A program made the position numbers and the translations under genes. 64,000 bases of DNA. Origin: Deltaproteobacteria bacterium (GTDB taxonomy: Bacteria; Desulfobacterota; Binatia; UBA1149; JAJCZL01). The notes below the pieces were generated by a model. The model worked only from the letters and a program-made list of their open reading frames with translations. It did not search any database and was not told where the DNA came from. The stretch's first letter is position 1. Each line of letters starts with the position of its first letter. This document shows positions 31,566 to 39,956 of this stretch, piece by piece. The stretch covers positions 53,368 through 117,367 of the forward strand of contig JAJCZL010000001.1 in NCBI GenBank assembly GCA_029262415.1. Direction: 5' to 3'.

Positions 31566-33221
31566 TCACAAGAGCGCACGCGCGACGAAAGCCTCCGCTT
31601 CTTCCTGCACCCGCGCCAGGTGATCGCTGCCGAGGAAGCTTTCGGCGTAGATCTTGTAGATCGGCTCGGTGCCTGAAGGTCGCGCGGCGAACCAAGCATT
31701 CTTGCTGGTGACCTTGAGGCCGCCGATCGACGCATCGTTTCCGGGCGCGTTGGTGAGAACCTGCTCGACGGCTTCGCCGGCCAACTCGGAGGCGGTAACG
31801 TCTGATGCACTGAGTTTACCGAGGTGTGCGCGGGTATCGGCGTCAGCAGCCACGTCGATGCGTGCGTAGTGCGGCTCGCCGAGTTTTTGCGTCCAATCGT
31901 GGTAAACCTCGCCAAGATCGCGGCCTGCACGGGCAGTGGCCTCAACGGCCAGGAGATTGAGAAGGATTCCATCCTTGTCGGTCGTCCATGCAGTGCCGTC
32001 ACGTCGCAAAAACGATGCGCCCGCACTTTCTTCGCCGACAAAACCGCACGTGCCGTCGAGCAGCGGATCGACGAACCACTTGAAGCCAACCGGCACTTCG
32101 AACACCGGCCGCTTAAGAGACCCTGCAATGCGTTCAAGGAGTGCGCTGGTGACAATCGTCTTTCCAACTCCCACCGAGTCCGCCCACGCGGATCGATGTG
32201 CAAAGAGATGCCCCGCAGCGACGGCTAGATAGTTGTTCGGGGGGAGAAGCCCGGCGCCCTTAGTTACGATGCCGTACCGATCGGCATCGGTGTCATTCGA
32301 GAACGCAATGTCGAAATGGTCGCGTAAGCCCACCACCGAAGCCATGGCGTGAGGCGACGAGCAGTCCATACGAATCCGCGCGTCCCAGTCCAAAGTCATG
32401 AACGCGAAACGCGGATCGACCGCGTCGGAGACAACCGTCAGGTCGAGATCCAGAGCTTCGGCAATCGGCTTCCAGTAAGGCAGCGCCGCGCCGCCGAGAG
32501 GATCGACGGCGACACGCAGGCCGGATCCGCGGATAGCATCGACGTCGAGTACGTCAGGGAGTGCGGCAACGTAGCGCCCGACATAGTCGTAGCCGCGGGT
32601 GGTGGATAAGCACCTGGCGCGCTCGAACGGAATCCTTGCAACATCTCGGTTGCCACCATCAAGCAGTCGGTTTGCCTCGCTTTCGATCCATGCCGTCACC
32701 TCACCACCGGCTGGTCCTCCGCTGGGCGGGTTGTACTTAATGCCACCATCCTCGGGCGGATTGTGCGACGGCGTAATCACGATGCCGTCGGCCAAGCCGT
32801 TGCGGCGGCCTCGGTTAGCCTCGAGGATCGCATGAGAGACTGCCGGCGTGGGCGTGAAGCGATCCTCCGAGTCGATCCGCACCTCGATTCCGTGCGCGGC
32901 AAGGACTTCGATAACGGTCGTCTTCGCCGGTTCGGACAAAGCATGGGAGTCGGCGCCCAGAAACAGCGGCCCCGTTACATTCTTGCTCGCACGGTGGCGG
33001 CCGACCGCCTCGGCAATCGCAACTAGATGACACTCGTTGAAGTTCGCGCGCAGAGGCGACCCGCGGTGACCCGAGGTCCCAAAGGAGACGCGTTGCTCTG
33101 CAAGCTCCGGGTCGGGGCTGCCGGTGTAGTAAGCGCGAATCAGCGATGGAACGTCGATGAGGTCGCCCTGCTGCGCCGGCGTACCCGCCCTCGGATGTAT
33201 CGCCACGGCTAGCCCGCCCAT
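31566..33221 (-). CDS. pgm: Phosphoglucomutase (alpha-D-glucose-1,6-bisphosphate dependent)
   Basis: FGTSGHRG, ITPSHNPP phosphoserine loop, NDTDADR, GEESAG, RPSGTE; start is ATG 33221 or GTG 33206. Confidence 0.95.
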   Translation of the reverse strand: MGGLAVAIHPRAGTPAQQGDLIDVPSLIRAYYTGSPDPELAEQRVSFGTSGHRGSPLRANFNECHLVAIAEAVGRHRASKNVTGPLFLGADSHALSEPAKTTVIEVLAAHGIEVRIDSEDRFTPTPAVSHAILEANRGRRNGLADGIVITPSHNPPEDGGIKYNPPSGGPAGGEVTAWIESEANRLLDGGNRDVARIPFERARCLSTTRGYDYVGRYVAALPDVLDVDAIRGSGLRVAVDPLGGAALPYWKPIAEALDLDLTVVSDAVDPRFAFMTLDWDARIRMDCSSPHAMASVVGLRDHFDIAFSNDTDADRYGIVTKGAGLLPPNNYLAVAAGHLFAHRSAWADSVGVGKTIVTSALLERIAGSLKRPVFEVPVGFKWFVDPLLDGTCGFVGEESAGASFLRRDGTAWTTDKDGILLNLLAVEATARAGRDLGEVYHDWTQKLGEPHYARIDVAADADTRAHLGKLSASDVTASELAGEAVEQVLTNAPGNDASIGGLKVTSKNAWFAARPSGTEPIYKIYAESFLGSDHLARVQEEAEAFVARALL

Positions 33222-33336
33222 TTCTTGTGATGAACCGAAATCATGGACTATTCGAATACTTGGCGGGAGGAGCTGGGCCAAGCGCCGACACCTCAGTCGG
33301 TACCTTGTACCCGCTGAGGTGACGCCGCGCCTGGAC

Positions 33337-34140
33337 TCACGGCAAGTCCGCCAGTCGGCCCGCGAACAGCTCGAGGAGTTCGTCGGTGATCGCCTCCTGC
33401 CGCAGTACACGCCAATCCTGGCGGAGCCGACCAAGGCTGCGGTCACAACCTTGTCGTGCCGAATCGGCGGCGTGTAGACGTGCACGAACTTCGCTGCGCA
33501 GACCTTCGGCAAGGCCTACGACCAGTCGTGCCGAGAGTGCCTCTTGGATCGCGGCAGCCAAGACCGCGGCCGGTGGAGAGTAGGTCTGCGGCGCAACACG
33601 TGGATCAAACGCACCGCCCACTAGCAGCGGGGCCCGGTGCAGCTCGCTACCGCCACCGGTTGGATGAAGCATCGTCACCGGTCCTACATGATTGATGTCA
33701 AGAAGAGTCCACGCGACTCGTCGTGCGGCAGAGTCAACCTCCTCGGGAGCCGATGCCGCAGGCAACGACGATACGATACGTTTCTGCAACACCCCCTCAG
33801 CAGGAACGGTGTCGGCGAGTCGTCGGCCAACCAGTAGGAGCGGACCCTCACGCGGCAGCTGTTCCAACAATCGCCGCGCGAGCCCGCCGCAGAAGGATCG
33901 TTCCGGTCCGACCAGCACCCAGAGCGCGGCCCCCGGCTCCTCTTCGCGCGGCTTGCCGCCAAAGCGCGCGACCATCTCCTCCACCCAGCCGATATAAGCC
34001 GAAGCCTCGGCCGCGGCCGCTTCGACTCTCGCCTGCTGCGCGCGTGCAAGTGTCCACACCGCTTGTACGACCTGGCGTATGGCGGCTACGCCGTCAATTG
34101 CCCGCTCCGCGGCGTGAAGATCGCTGGGCCGCTCGCTCAC
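33337..34140 (-). CDS. atpG: N-ATPase gamma subunit
   Basis: GPERSFCGG, SEVRARL, RQEAITDELLELFAG. Confidence 0.88.
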   Translation of the reverse strand: MSERPSDLHAAERAIDGVAAIRQVVQAVWTLARAQQARVEAAAAEASAYIGWVEEMVARFGGKPREEEPGAALWVLVGPERSFCGGLARRLLEQLPREGPLLLVGRRLADTVPAEGVLQKRIVSSLPAASAPEEVDSAARRVAWTLLDINHVGPVTMLHPTGGGSELHRAPLLVGGAFDPRVAPQTYSPPAAVLAAAIQEALSARLVVGLAEGLRSEVRARLHAADSARQGCDRSLGRLRQDWRVLRQEAITDELLELFAGRLADLP

Positions 34141-35684
34141 GGCGCTTCCTCGGCGCCGGCGACGCTTGCCTCAGAGCCCGTACGCTCGCGTGCCAGGATC
34201 GCAATGATCGCTCGGCGGTCGTCGTCGCTGAGGATAGCTTCGCGGTCAATCCGTTCGACAACCACGGGCAAGCGGCTCCGGCATTCGCCCACAAGCTTGC
34301 AGACGGTGTCGGACAAGCCCTCATCGGGGATTCGTAGCAGGAGTTCCTGCTGATCCACCAACAGCAGCCGGAGCACTTCGTCGAACACCCCAAGCGGAGC
34401 ACCGTGAGGTGCGCGCAGGAGAGTTCGGGCACGCCGGCCGATCTCGAGTCTGCGCATCGTGGCCGGTTCGAGCCGAGTACCCAGCCGTGAGAACACCTCG
34501 AGTTCAAGGAAGGAAGCGTACTCCAGGTGTAAGCGTCCGGCCAGTTCACGAAACGCCTGCGATTGCGCCTTTCCACCCACACGGCTCACGCTCGTAGCGG
34601 CATCAACAGCCGGCTTTTGCCCTGCGGCGAATAGCTTGCGTGACAGGACAATCTGACCATCCGTAACTGAAATAAGATTTGTCGGGATGTACGCCGATAG
34701 CCGCTCGTCTTCGGTCAAGGCAACCGGTAATGCCGTGAGCGAGCCGCCACCCCTTTCCGCACAAAGCAGCGTGGCACGCTCAAGAAGCCGCGAGTGTAGA
34801 TAGAATATATCCCCGGGATAGGCCTCGCGTCCCGGTGGCCGCCGCAACAGCAGCGAAAGCTCGCGCCACGCCACGGCGTGCGCCGAGAGATCGTCGTAGA
34901 CGATCAATACGTCTTCCCCGCGCTCGACAAACCACTCCGCCATGGCTGTAGCCGAGTACGGTGCGAGGTAACGCAGGCCCGGGCTCTCGTCCTGATAAGC
35001 AGTGACGATCGCCCAGCGGCCCCCGCTTCTCTGCAGCTTTGCAAAGATCTGCGACACCTCGGCACGACGCCGGCCGATCGCCACATAGATGCAAACAACA
35101 CCGGTTTCGCGTTGACGCAGCATCGTATCGACCGCAAGTGCGGTCTTGCCGGTTCCTTCGTCGCCGAGGATAAGCTCACGCTGGCCGCGACCGATCGGGA
35201 ACAGGGCGTCGATCGCAAGAACCCCTGTATAGAGGGGCTCATGAACTGCCGCCCGTTCGTGGATCTCCGGCGCGCGCCGATCGATCGGCATTTCGCTCAT
35301 GCGACCGCCAAACGACCGGCCGTCTCGCCCCCGGCCGGTCGGGTCAAGCACTTTGCCGAGAATCGCTTCGCCTGCAGGAACGGTTGGCAGACGGTGTAGC
35401 GCGCGGACTCTTGCCCCCAGTTTCACCGGCCGCGCCGCATCTAGGGCAACCGCTTCCACCGCTCCTCGGCGTAGGCCGAGAACCAATGCGGGTCCGCTAT
35501 CTTCTACCTCGATGAGTTCATCGGCACCGACATCGGGCAGACCGCGGATCTGCAGCACCCCCTGCGCGGCAGCCTCAACCCTTCCCTCAGCCAGAAGCCG
35601 CACGCGCGGACGCGTTTCGGCCGAAGCCCTGGTGATCGCACCAGCCACCTCTTGCAGCACTGCCCGGGCGCGTGGGTCAGCCAC
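34137..35684 (-). CDS. atpA: N-ATPase alpha subunit
   Basis: PIGRGQRELILGDEGTGKT, RRPPGREAYPGDIFYLHSRLLERA, SVSRVGG; GTG 35684 overlaps the atpF stop. Confidence 0.95.
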   Translation of the reverse strand: MADPRARAVLQEVAGAITRASAETRPRVRLLAEGRVEAAAQGVLQIRGLPDVGADELIEVEDSGPALVLGLRRGAVEAVALDAARPVKLGARVRALHRLPTVPAGEAILGKVLDPTGRGRDGRSFGGRMSEMPIDRRAPEIHERAAVHEPLYTGVLAIDALFPIGRGQRELILGDEGTGKTALAVDTMLRQRETGVVCIYVAIGRRRAEVSQIFAKLQRSGGRWAIVTAYQDESPGLRYLAPYSATAMAEWFVERGEDVLIVYDDLSAHAVAWRELSLLLRRPPGREAYPGDIFYLHSRLLERATLLCAERGGGSLTALPVALTEDERLSAYIPTNLISVTDGQIVLSRKLFAAGQKPAVDAATSVSRVGGKAQSQAFRELAGRLHLEYASFLELEVFSRLGTRLEPATMRRLEIGRRARTLLRAPHGAPLGVFDEVLRLLLVDQQELLLRIPDEGLSDTVCKLVGECRSRLPVVVERIDREAILSDDDRRAIIAILARERTGSEASVAGAEEAP

Positions 35685-36450
35685 TCGCAGTTTCCTCCTC
35701 GACGAGCTCACGCACGCGGTCGCGCAAGACGGCGAGATGGCCGGCAACCGATGCATCGAGCACACGGTCGCCGATGCGAAGAACAGGGCCGGCCAGGAGA
35801 TCTGCGTCTTCACGTACAACGAGGTCGAAGGCTACAGCGCAGACCTGCGTAAGAGCCTGGCGAAGCGAATGGAGAGCTTCTTCTGACGGAGGCCTCGGCA
35901 CGCTGAGCTCAACCGTCAAACGGCCGCTCGGGCCGGCGATTGCGATCGATTCCTTCTTTAGTGTGTCGCGATGCTCGCCGAGCGAAACCACGAGTGCTTT
36001 GGTGAGGACGCTGTCAGCGGACTCCGGGAGCAGTTCTTTCAACAGCCGTCCCGCGATCTCCGCCGCACCGTCGGCGGTCGTCTCGCGTAACCACTCGAGC
36101 TCTTCAATACGTTCGCGCTCGAGCGTGCGCTGAACGCGTTCGCGTTCAGCGACGGCATCCTGGCGGGCTTGCCCGAGGATGCGCGCCTCTTCCTTCGCGG
36201 CCTGCTCCCTTGCATCGGCAACGATCGTCTCACGAAGGTGCTCGATCTCGGCAAGGCGTGCCTGTGCCTCTTCACGCTGTGCTCGCGCAGCATCCCGCTC
36301 GGCGGCGGCCCGTCCGTGCTCGCGCGCGAGTTCCTCGCGTCGGCGCTCGATCCCCTCGCGTAGCGGGCGGTACAGCACGCGCTGAAGGATCCAGAGAAGA
36401 AGGAGGAAGTTTACGATCTCAAAAACAAACGTAGTCCAGTCGAAGCTCAT
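35677..36450 (-). CDS. atpF: N-ATPase b subunit with a C-terminal delta-like extension
   Basis: DWTTFVFEIVNFLLLLWIL, coiled coil, then DADLLAGPVLRIGDRVLDASV (delta C-terminus-like). Confidence 0.92.
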   Translation of the reverse strand: MSFDWTTFVFEIVNFLLLLWILQRVLYRPLREGIERRREELAREHGRAAAERDAARAQREEAQARLAEIEHLRETIVADAREQAAKEEARILGQARQDAVAERERVQRTLERERIEELEWLRETTADGAAEIAGRLLKELLPESADSVLTKALVVSLGEHRDTLKKESIAIAGPSGRLTVELSVPRPPSEEALHSLRQALTQVCAVAFDLVVREDADLLAGPVLRIGDRVLDASVAGHLAVLRDRVRELVEEETASG

Positions 36451-36456
36451 ACATTC

Positions 36457-36705
36457 TCAGCCAACGAAGGGATTGGCGAACAGAAGAACCAGCGCGATTA
36501 CCAGCGCGTAGATGGCAGTCGATTCGACCATCGCCATTCCCACGAACAAGGTACGTGTAATCGTGTCGGCGCTATCGGGTTGCCGCGAGATGGCGTCAAG
36601 CGCCCGAGAGAGCGCACGTCCCTCTCCGAGTGCCGGGCCGATTGACCCTATCGCGACGGCGAAACCCGCGGTTGCGATTGAGACTAAGGCTATCCAGTCG
36701 GTCAT
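36457..36705 (-). CDS. atpE: N-ATPase c subunit (Na+-binding signature)
   Basis: GPALGEG (E28), RQP loop, ESTAIY (E61-S62-T63-Y66). Confidence 0.97.
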   Translation of the reverse strand: MTDWIALVSIATAGFAVAIGSIGPALGEGRALSRALDAISRQPDSADTITRTLFVGMAMVESTAIYALVIALVLLFANPFVG

Positions 36706-37373
36706 GGCGGTTGTCCTCCTTGCAGAGTGCGGGGATTGGTCATTTGGAATGCGCTTGCACTGAACACCAGTGTCAGCACGCCGAAGATGTACGCCTGTAC
36801 CGCGCTTGTCAGGACGCTCAGCAGCATCAGCGGCAGCGGCACAAGGAACGCGGCTAGGTAGAGGACAACCGCTCCGACCAGAGTCGTCGACAGCATGTTA
36901 CCGAACAGCCGGAGCGCCAGCGCAATGGTACGGCTCACCTCACCGATCAGGTTAAAGGGAAGAAGCAGTAGATTCGGTTCGGCATAGTGTCGAAGATACC
37001 GCCAACCTTCGCGGCGGGCGGCGAAGACGTGAGAAGCGAGCCACGCTATAGCCGCGAGCGCGGCGGCCATCGACAAATCACGTGTCGGACTCGAAATACC
37101 CGGGACGAGTCCCACCAGATTCGCAGAGAGGATGAAAATCCATTGGGTCAAAACGAGCGGAACCAGCGGGCGGGCATCGATATTCACCATATCCTCGATC
37201 GCGCGCTCGAGGAACGCATAGATAACCTCGAGCGCCTCACGTGCCGAGTCGAAACGTAGCGCGACAATGCTCGTGAGGGCGATGATCAACGAAAGCGCAC
37301 CCGAAGCGACCACCGTGTCGGTCAGGACGATTGGGCCCCAGCGAAGCAGTTCCTGTGGGAACACCTCCCCCAT
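36702..37373 (-). CDS. atpB: N-ATPase a subunit
   Basis: SRTIALALRLFGNM conserved Arg, QAYIFGVL; ATG 37373 overlaps the atpR stop. Confidence 0.95.
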   Translation of the reverse strand: MGEVFPQELLRWGPIVLTDTVVASGALSLIIALTSIVALRFDSAREALEVIYAFLERAIEDMVNIDARPLVPLVLTQWIFILSANLVGLVPGISSPTRDLSMAAALAAIAWLASHVFAARREGWRYLRHYAEPNLLLLPFNLIGEVSRTIALALRLFGNMLSTTLVGAVVLYLAAFLVPLPLMLLSVLTSAVQAYIFGVLTLVFSASAFQMTNPRTLQGGQPP

Positions 37374-37633
37374 CACCAGCCGCCTGCGCGCGCGAGTGCG
37401 TGCGAACGCACGACCCAAAACCCACATATTGACGACCAAGCGGAAGCCGGCGCCAGCACGATCGCGGCGAACAGAAACAGACCGGGAAGAGCGATGCACA
37501 ACGGTAGCGTCGCCAGCGCCACCGTCACGCCGCCGCGCGCGACAAGCGCGGCCCTGGCTCTTGTGACCGTGAGATGCACAATCGCCGCCAAGCCGCCCAG
37601 GGCGGCCGCGAAGACGGGTCCTTCTACGGTCAC
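37373..37633 (-). CDS. atpR: N-ATPase AtpR-like membrane subunit
   Basis: 86-aa hydrophobic ORF between atpQ and atpB, the position of atpR in N-ATPase operons. Confidence 0.7.
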   Translation of the reverse strand: MTVEGPVFAAALGGLAAIVHLTVTRARAALVARGGVTVALATLPLCIALPGLFLFAAIVLAPASAWSSICGFWVVRSHALARAGGW

Positions 37634-37637
37634 AACA

Positions 37638-37937
37638 TCATTCCTCGTCCTCTTGGAGGCTCTGCTGAATCAGTCGCCAACTGCCGAATGCACCGGCGAT
37701 GAAGCCGACAAGGATGAGGCCGACAGCCAAGCCCGGGCGGCCCATGCGCTCTGCGAGCACGTGTCCGAGCACCGCACCGGCCACGAGGGGAAGCGAAAAC
37801 ACGAACCCCAGCGAGCCGACGTGGGCGGCATAGCGCCAGAAACCACCTCCCCTTCGGCGCGCACGCGAAAGTCGACGGGCCTTACCGCGAACCTCGCGCA
37901 CGAACTCTTGCTCAAGCGGATCTTCATCCGTGCTCAC
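37638..37937 (-). CDS. atpQ: N-ATPase AtpQ (AtpZ/AtpI-like) subunit
   Basis: GSLGFVFSLPLVAGAVLGHVL two-TM motif; operon position. Confidence 0.88.
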   Translation of the reverse strand: MSTDEDPLEQEFVREVRGKARRLSRARRRGGGFWRYAAHVGSLGFVFSLPLVAGAVLGHVLAERMGRPGLAVGLILVGFIAGAFGSWRLIQQSLQEDEE

Positions 37938-38329
37938 TGCGACGCCTCCTGACGCGCCAGACGCCGCATTGCTTCCTTGGCGAGATCGTCGAAGACATCG
38001 CGCTGCGCTTTGCTCCGCTGTCGACGAGCGCGCGCATGCTGCTGCACAAGACCTGCTACTTCTTCCAACCTACGGGCGAGGATGGCCTCGCGCACCATCA
38101 CCCGGCAGCACCCGCCGCAAAGGTCGAGCAACCCGCCGGCCAAAGCCATGAAGGCCTCGCCTTCTGCGTCTTCGAAGAGCAACAAGCCGGCCGGAAGTAC
38201 CGCCGCTAGATCGATACACCCAGGATGGATGCCGAACCAGCCATCCTGGTCTTCGGCACGAACTCTACGCACTGCCCCCTGGTAGACAATCGACACCGGT
38301 GTGCGAACTGCGAGGTCGATGGTGCTCAC
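37934..38329 (-). CDS. atpC: N-ATPase epsilon subunit
   Basis: [21 protein letters not shown]; follows atpD. Confidence 0.88.
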   Translation of the reverse strand: MSTIDLAVRTPVSIVYQGAVRRVRAEDQDGWFGIHPGCIDLAAVLPAGLLLFEDAEGEAFMALAGGLLDLCGGCCRVMVREAILARRLEEVAGLVQQHARARRQRSKAQRDVFDDLAKEAMRRLARQEASQ

Positions 38330-39699
38330 GAGCTCACTCTCTCCAGGTCGGCCAGCCCTCCGATCATGAATAGGTGGTGCTCTTCGAGTTCGTCGAATTC
38401 ACCGGAGAGGATGCGCTCGCATCCGCCGAGCGTGTCCAACAAGGGCACGCGGACGCCACCGCGACCTGTGAAGGCTTCGGAGACTTTGAAAGGCTGCGTC
38501 AGGAATCGGTCGAGTCTCCGAGCTCGCTGGACAAGCTGGCGGTCTTCACGAGAGAGCTCGTCCATCCCCAGCATTGCGATCACATCTTCGAGGTCACGGT
38601 AGCGGGCCAGCACACCACGGACCTGCTCGGCAAGCTCATAGTGGCGTAAACCGACGGCTGCCGGATCGAGCAAACGCGAATGAGAGCGCAAAGGATCGAC
38701 CGCCGGATACAGTCCGGCTGAGGCGCGGCCACGTGTCAAAACCACTTGTGCGTCCAGATGCTCGATCACCGCGGCAGCGCCGGGGTCGGTAAGATCGTCG
38801 GCAGGAACGTAGACCGCTTGGACCGATGTGATTGCCCCATCAACTGTCGAAGCAATGCGCTCCTCGACCTCCGCAAGCTCGGTCGCAAGAGTCGGCTGAT
38901 AGCCCACGCGCGAAGGTACGTAGCCGGCCAGTGCGGATGTTTCCATCCCGGCTTGAACGAACCGAAAAATGTTGTCCATCAGCAACAGCACATCGGCGCC
39001 GGCACGATCACGAAAGTCTTCGGCCAGGGTCAGCGCCGCGTGGGGAACACGCAGCCGTAAGCCAGGCGGTGCGTCCATTTGGCCGAATACCATGGCGGTT
39101 CGATCCATCAGGCCCGCGCGTCGGAGGTCGCTCCACAATTCGTGGCCTTCGCGAATACGCTCGCCAATGCCCGCAAAAATCGCGTACCCGCGATGGGCCT
39201 CGAGAACAGCGCCGATGAACTCGACAAGCAGCAACGTCTTGCCGACCCCAGCGCCGCCGAACAGGCCGGTCTTGCCGCCGCGCGCGAACGGACACAACAA
39301 ATCGACGATCTTAACGCCGGTATGTAGCGGTTCGAGAAGCGATCGGTGGCGATCCAGCGTAGGCGGCGGCCGGTGGATCGGCAGGCGCTCGGCCGCTTCG
39401 ATAGGCGGACCACCATCAAGCTGGCGACCGGTGCAATCCATGAGCCGGCCAAGAACACCCTCACCAACAGGTACTGTGAGCGGACCGCCAAGCGCATGTA
39501 CCACATCACCGCGACGCACCCCCGAGGTCGACTGGAGAGCCAGTCCCCGCGCGAGTCCGGGTTCGGGGTGACTCAACACCTCAAGATCCCGGGGCGGCGG
39601 GCCGGGAATACTAAGCGCTTCACGAACCCCGGGCTCGCTGCCTTCGGCGAAGCGAACATCGACAACGCTGCCCTGTACTCCCTCAACGCGGCCATCCAT
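38326..39699 (-). CDS. atpD: N-ATPase beta subunit
   Basis: [42 protein letters not shown]; start is ATG 39699 or GTG 39705. Confidence 0.97.
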   Translation of the reverse strand: MDGRVEGVQGSVVDVRFAEGSEPGVREALSIPGPPPRDLEVLSHPEPGLARGLALQSTSGVRRGDVVHALGGPLTVPVGEGVLGRLMDCTGRQLDGGPPIEAAERLPIHRPPPTLDRHRSLLEPLHTGVKIVDLLCPFARGGKTGLFGGAGVGKTLLLVEFIGAVLEAHRGYAIFAGIGERIREGHELWSDLRRAGLMDRTAMVFGQMDAPPGLRLRVPHAALTLAEDFRDRAGADVLLLMDNIFRFVQAGMETSALAGYVPSRVGYQPTLATELAEVEERIASTVDGAITSVQAVYVPADDLTDPGAAAVIEHLDAQVVLTRGRASAGLYPAVDPLRSHSRLLDPAAVGLRHYELAEQVRGVLARYRDLEDVIAMLGMDELSREDRQLVQRARRLDRFLTQPFKVSEAFTGRGGVRVPLLDTLGGCERILSGEFDELEEHHLFMIGGLADLERVSS

Positions 39700-39712
39700 A
39701 TGCACCTAGGCC

Positions 39713-39728
39713 AGCAAGCCGCGTGCCC
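39713..39728 (-). promoter_or_regulatory. sigma54-like promoter of the N-ATPase operon
   Basis: GGGCACGCGGCTTGCT on the minus strand; predicted +1 falls about 3 nt before ATG 39699. Confidence 0.55.
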
Positions 39729-39879
39729 ACGCGAGGTAGCAATGGGAGAGGCCTTGGTTGTAAACGCCTTCGCTAATACGAGGCCAAACGCCCCAAGCTG
39801 ACGTCTTTGACCACACCCGACCACGCACCGACCACAGTTTACAGCCGCGTCAGTGTCGCAGACGCAGGCGCGCTGCCAT

Positions 39880-39895
39880 CGGCACTCCGTTTGCA
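39880..39895 (+). promoter_or_regulatory. sigma54-like promoter of the P-type ATPase
   Basis: CGGCACTCCGTTTGCA; implies the true start lies downstream of the TTG 39807 given in the ORF track. Confidence 0.6.
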
Positions 39896-39956
39896 GTCAG
39901 GCGGTCGGGAGGACTGCGTTTCGGCACATCGTAGAACCCACGAATCCATCCCGACT

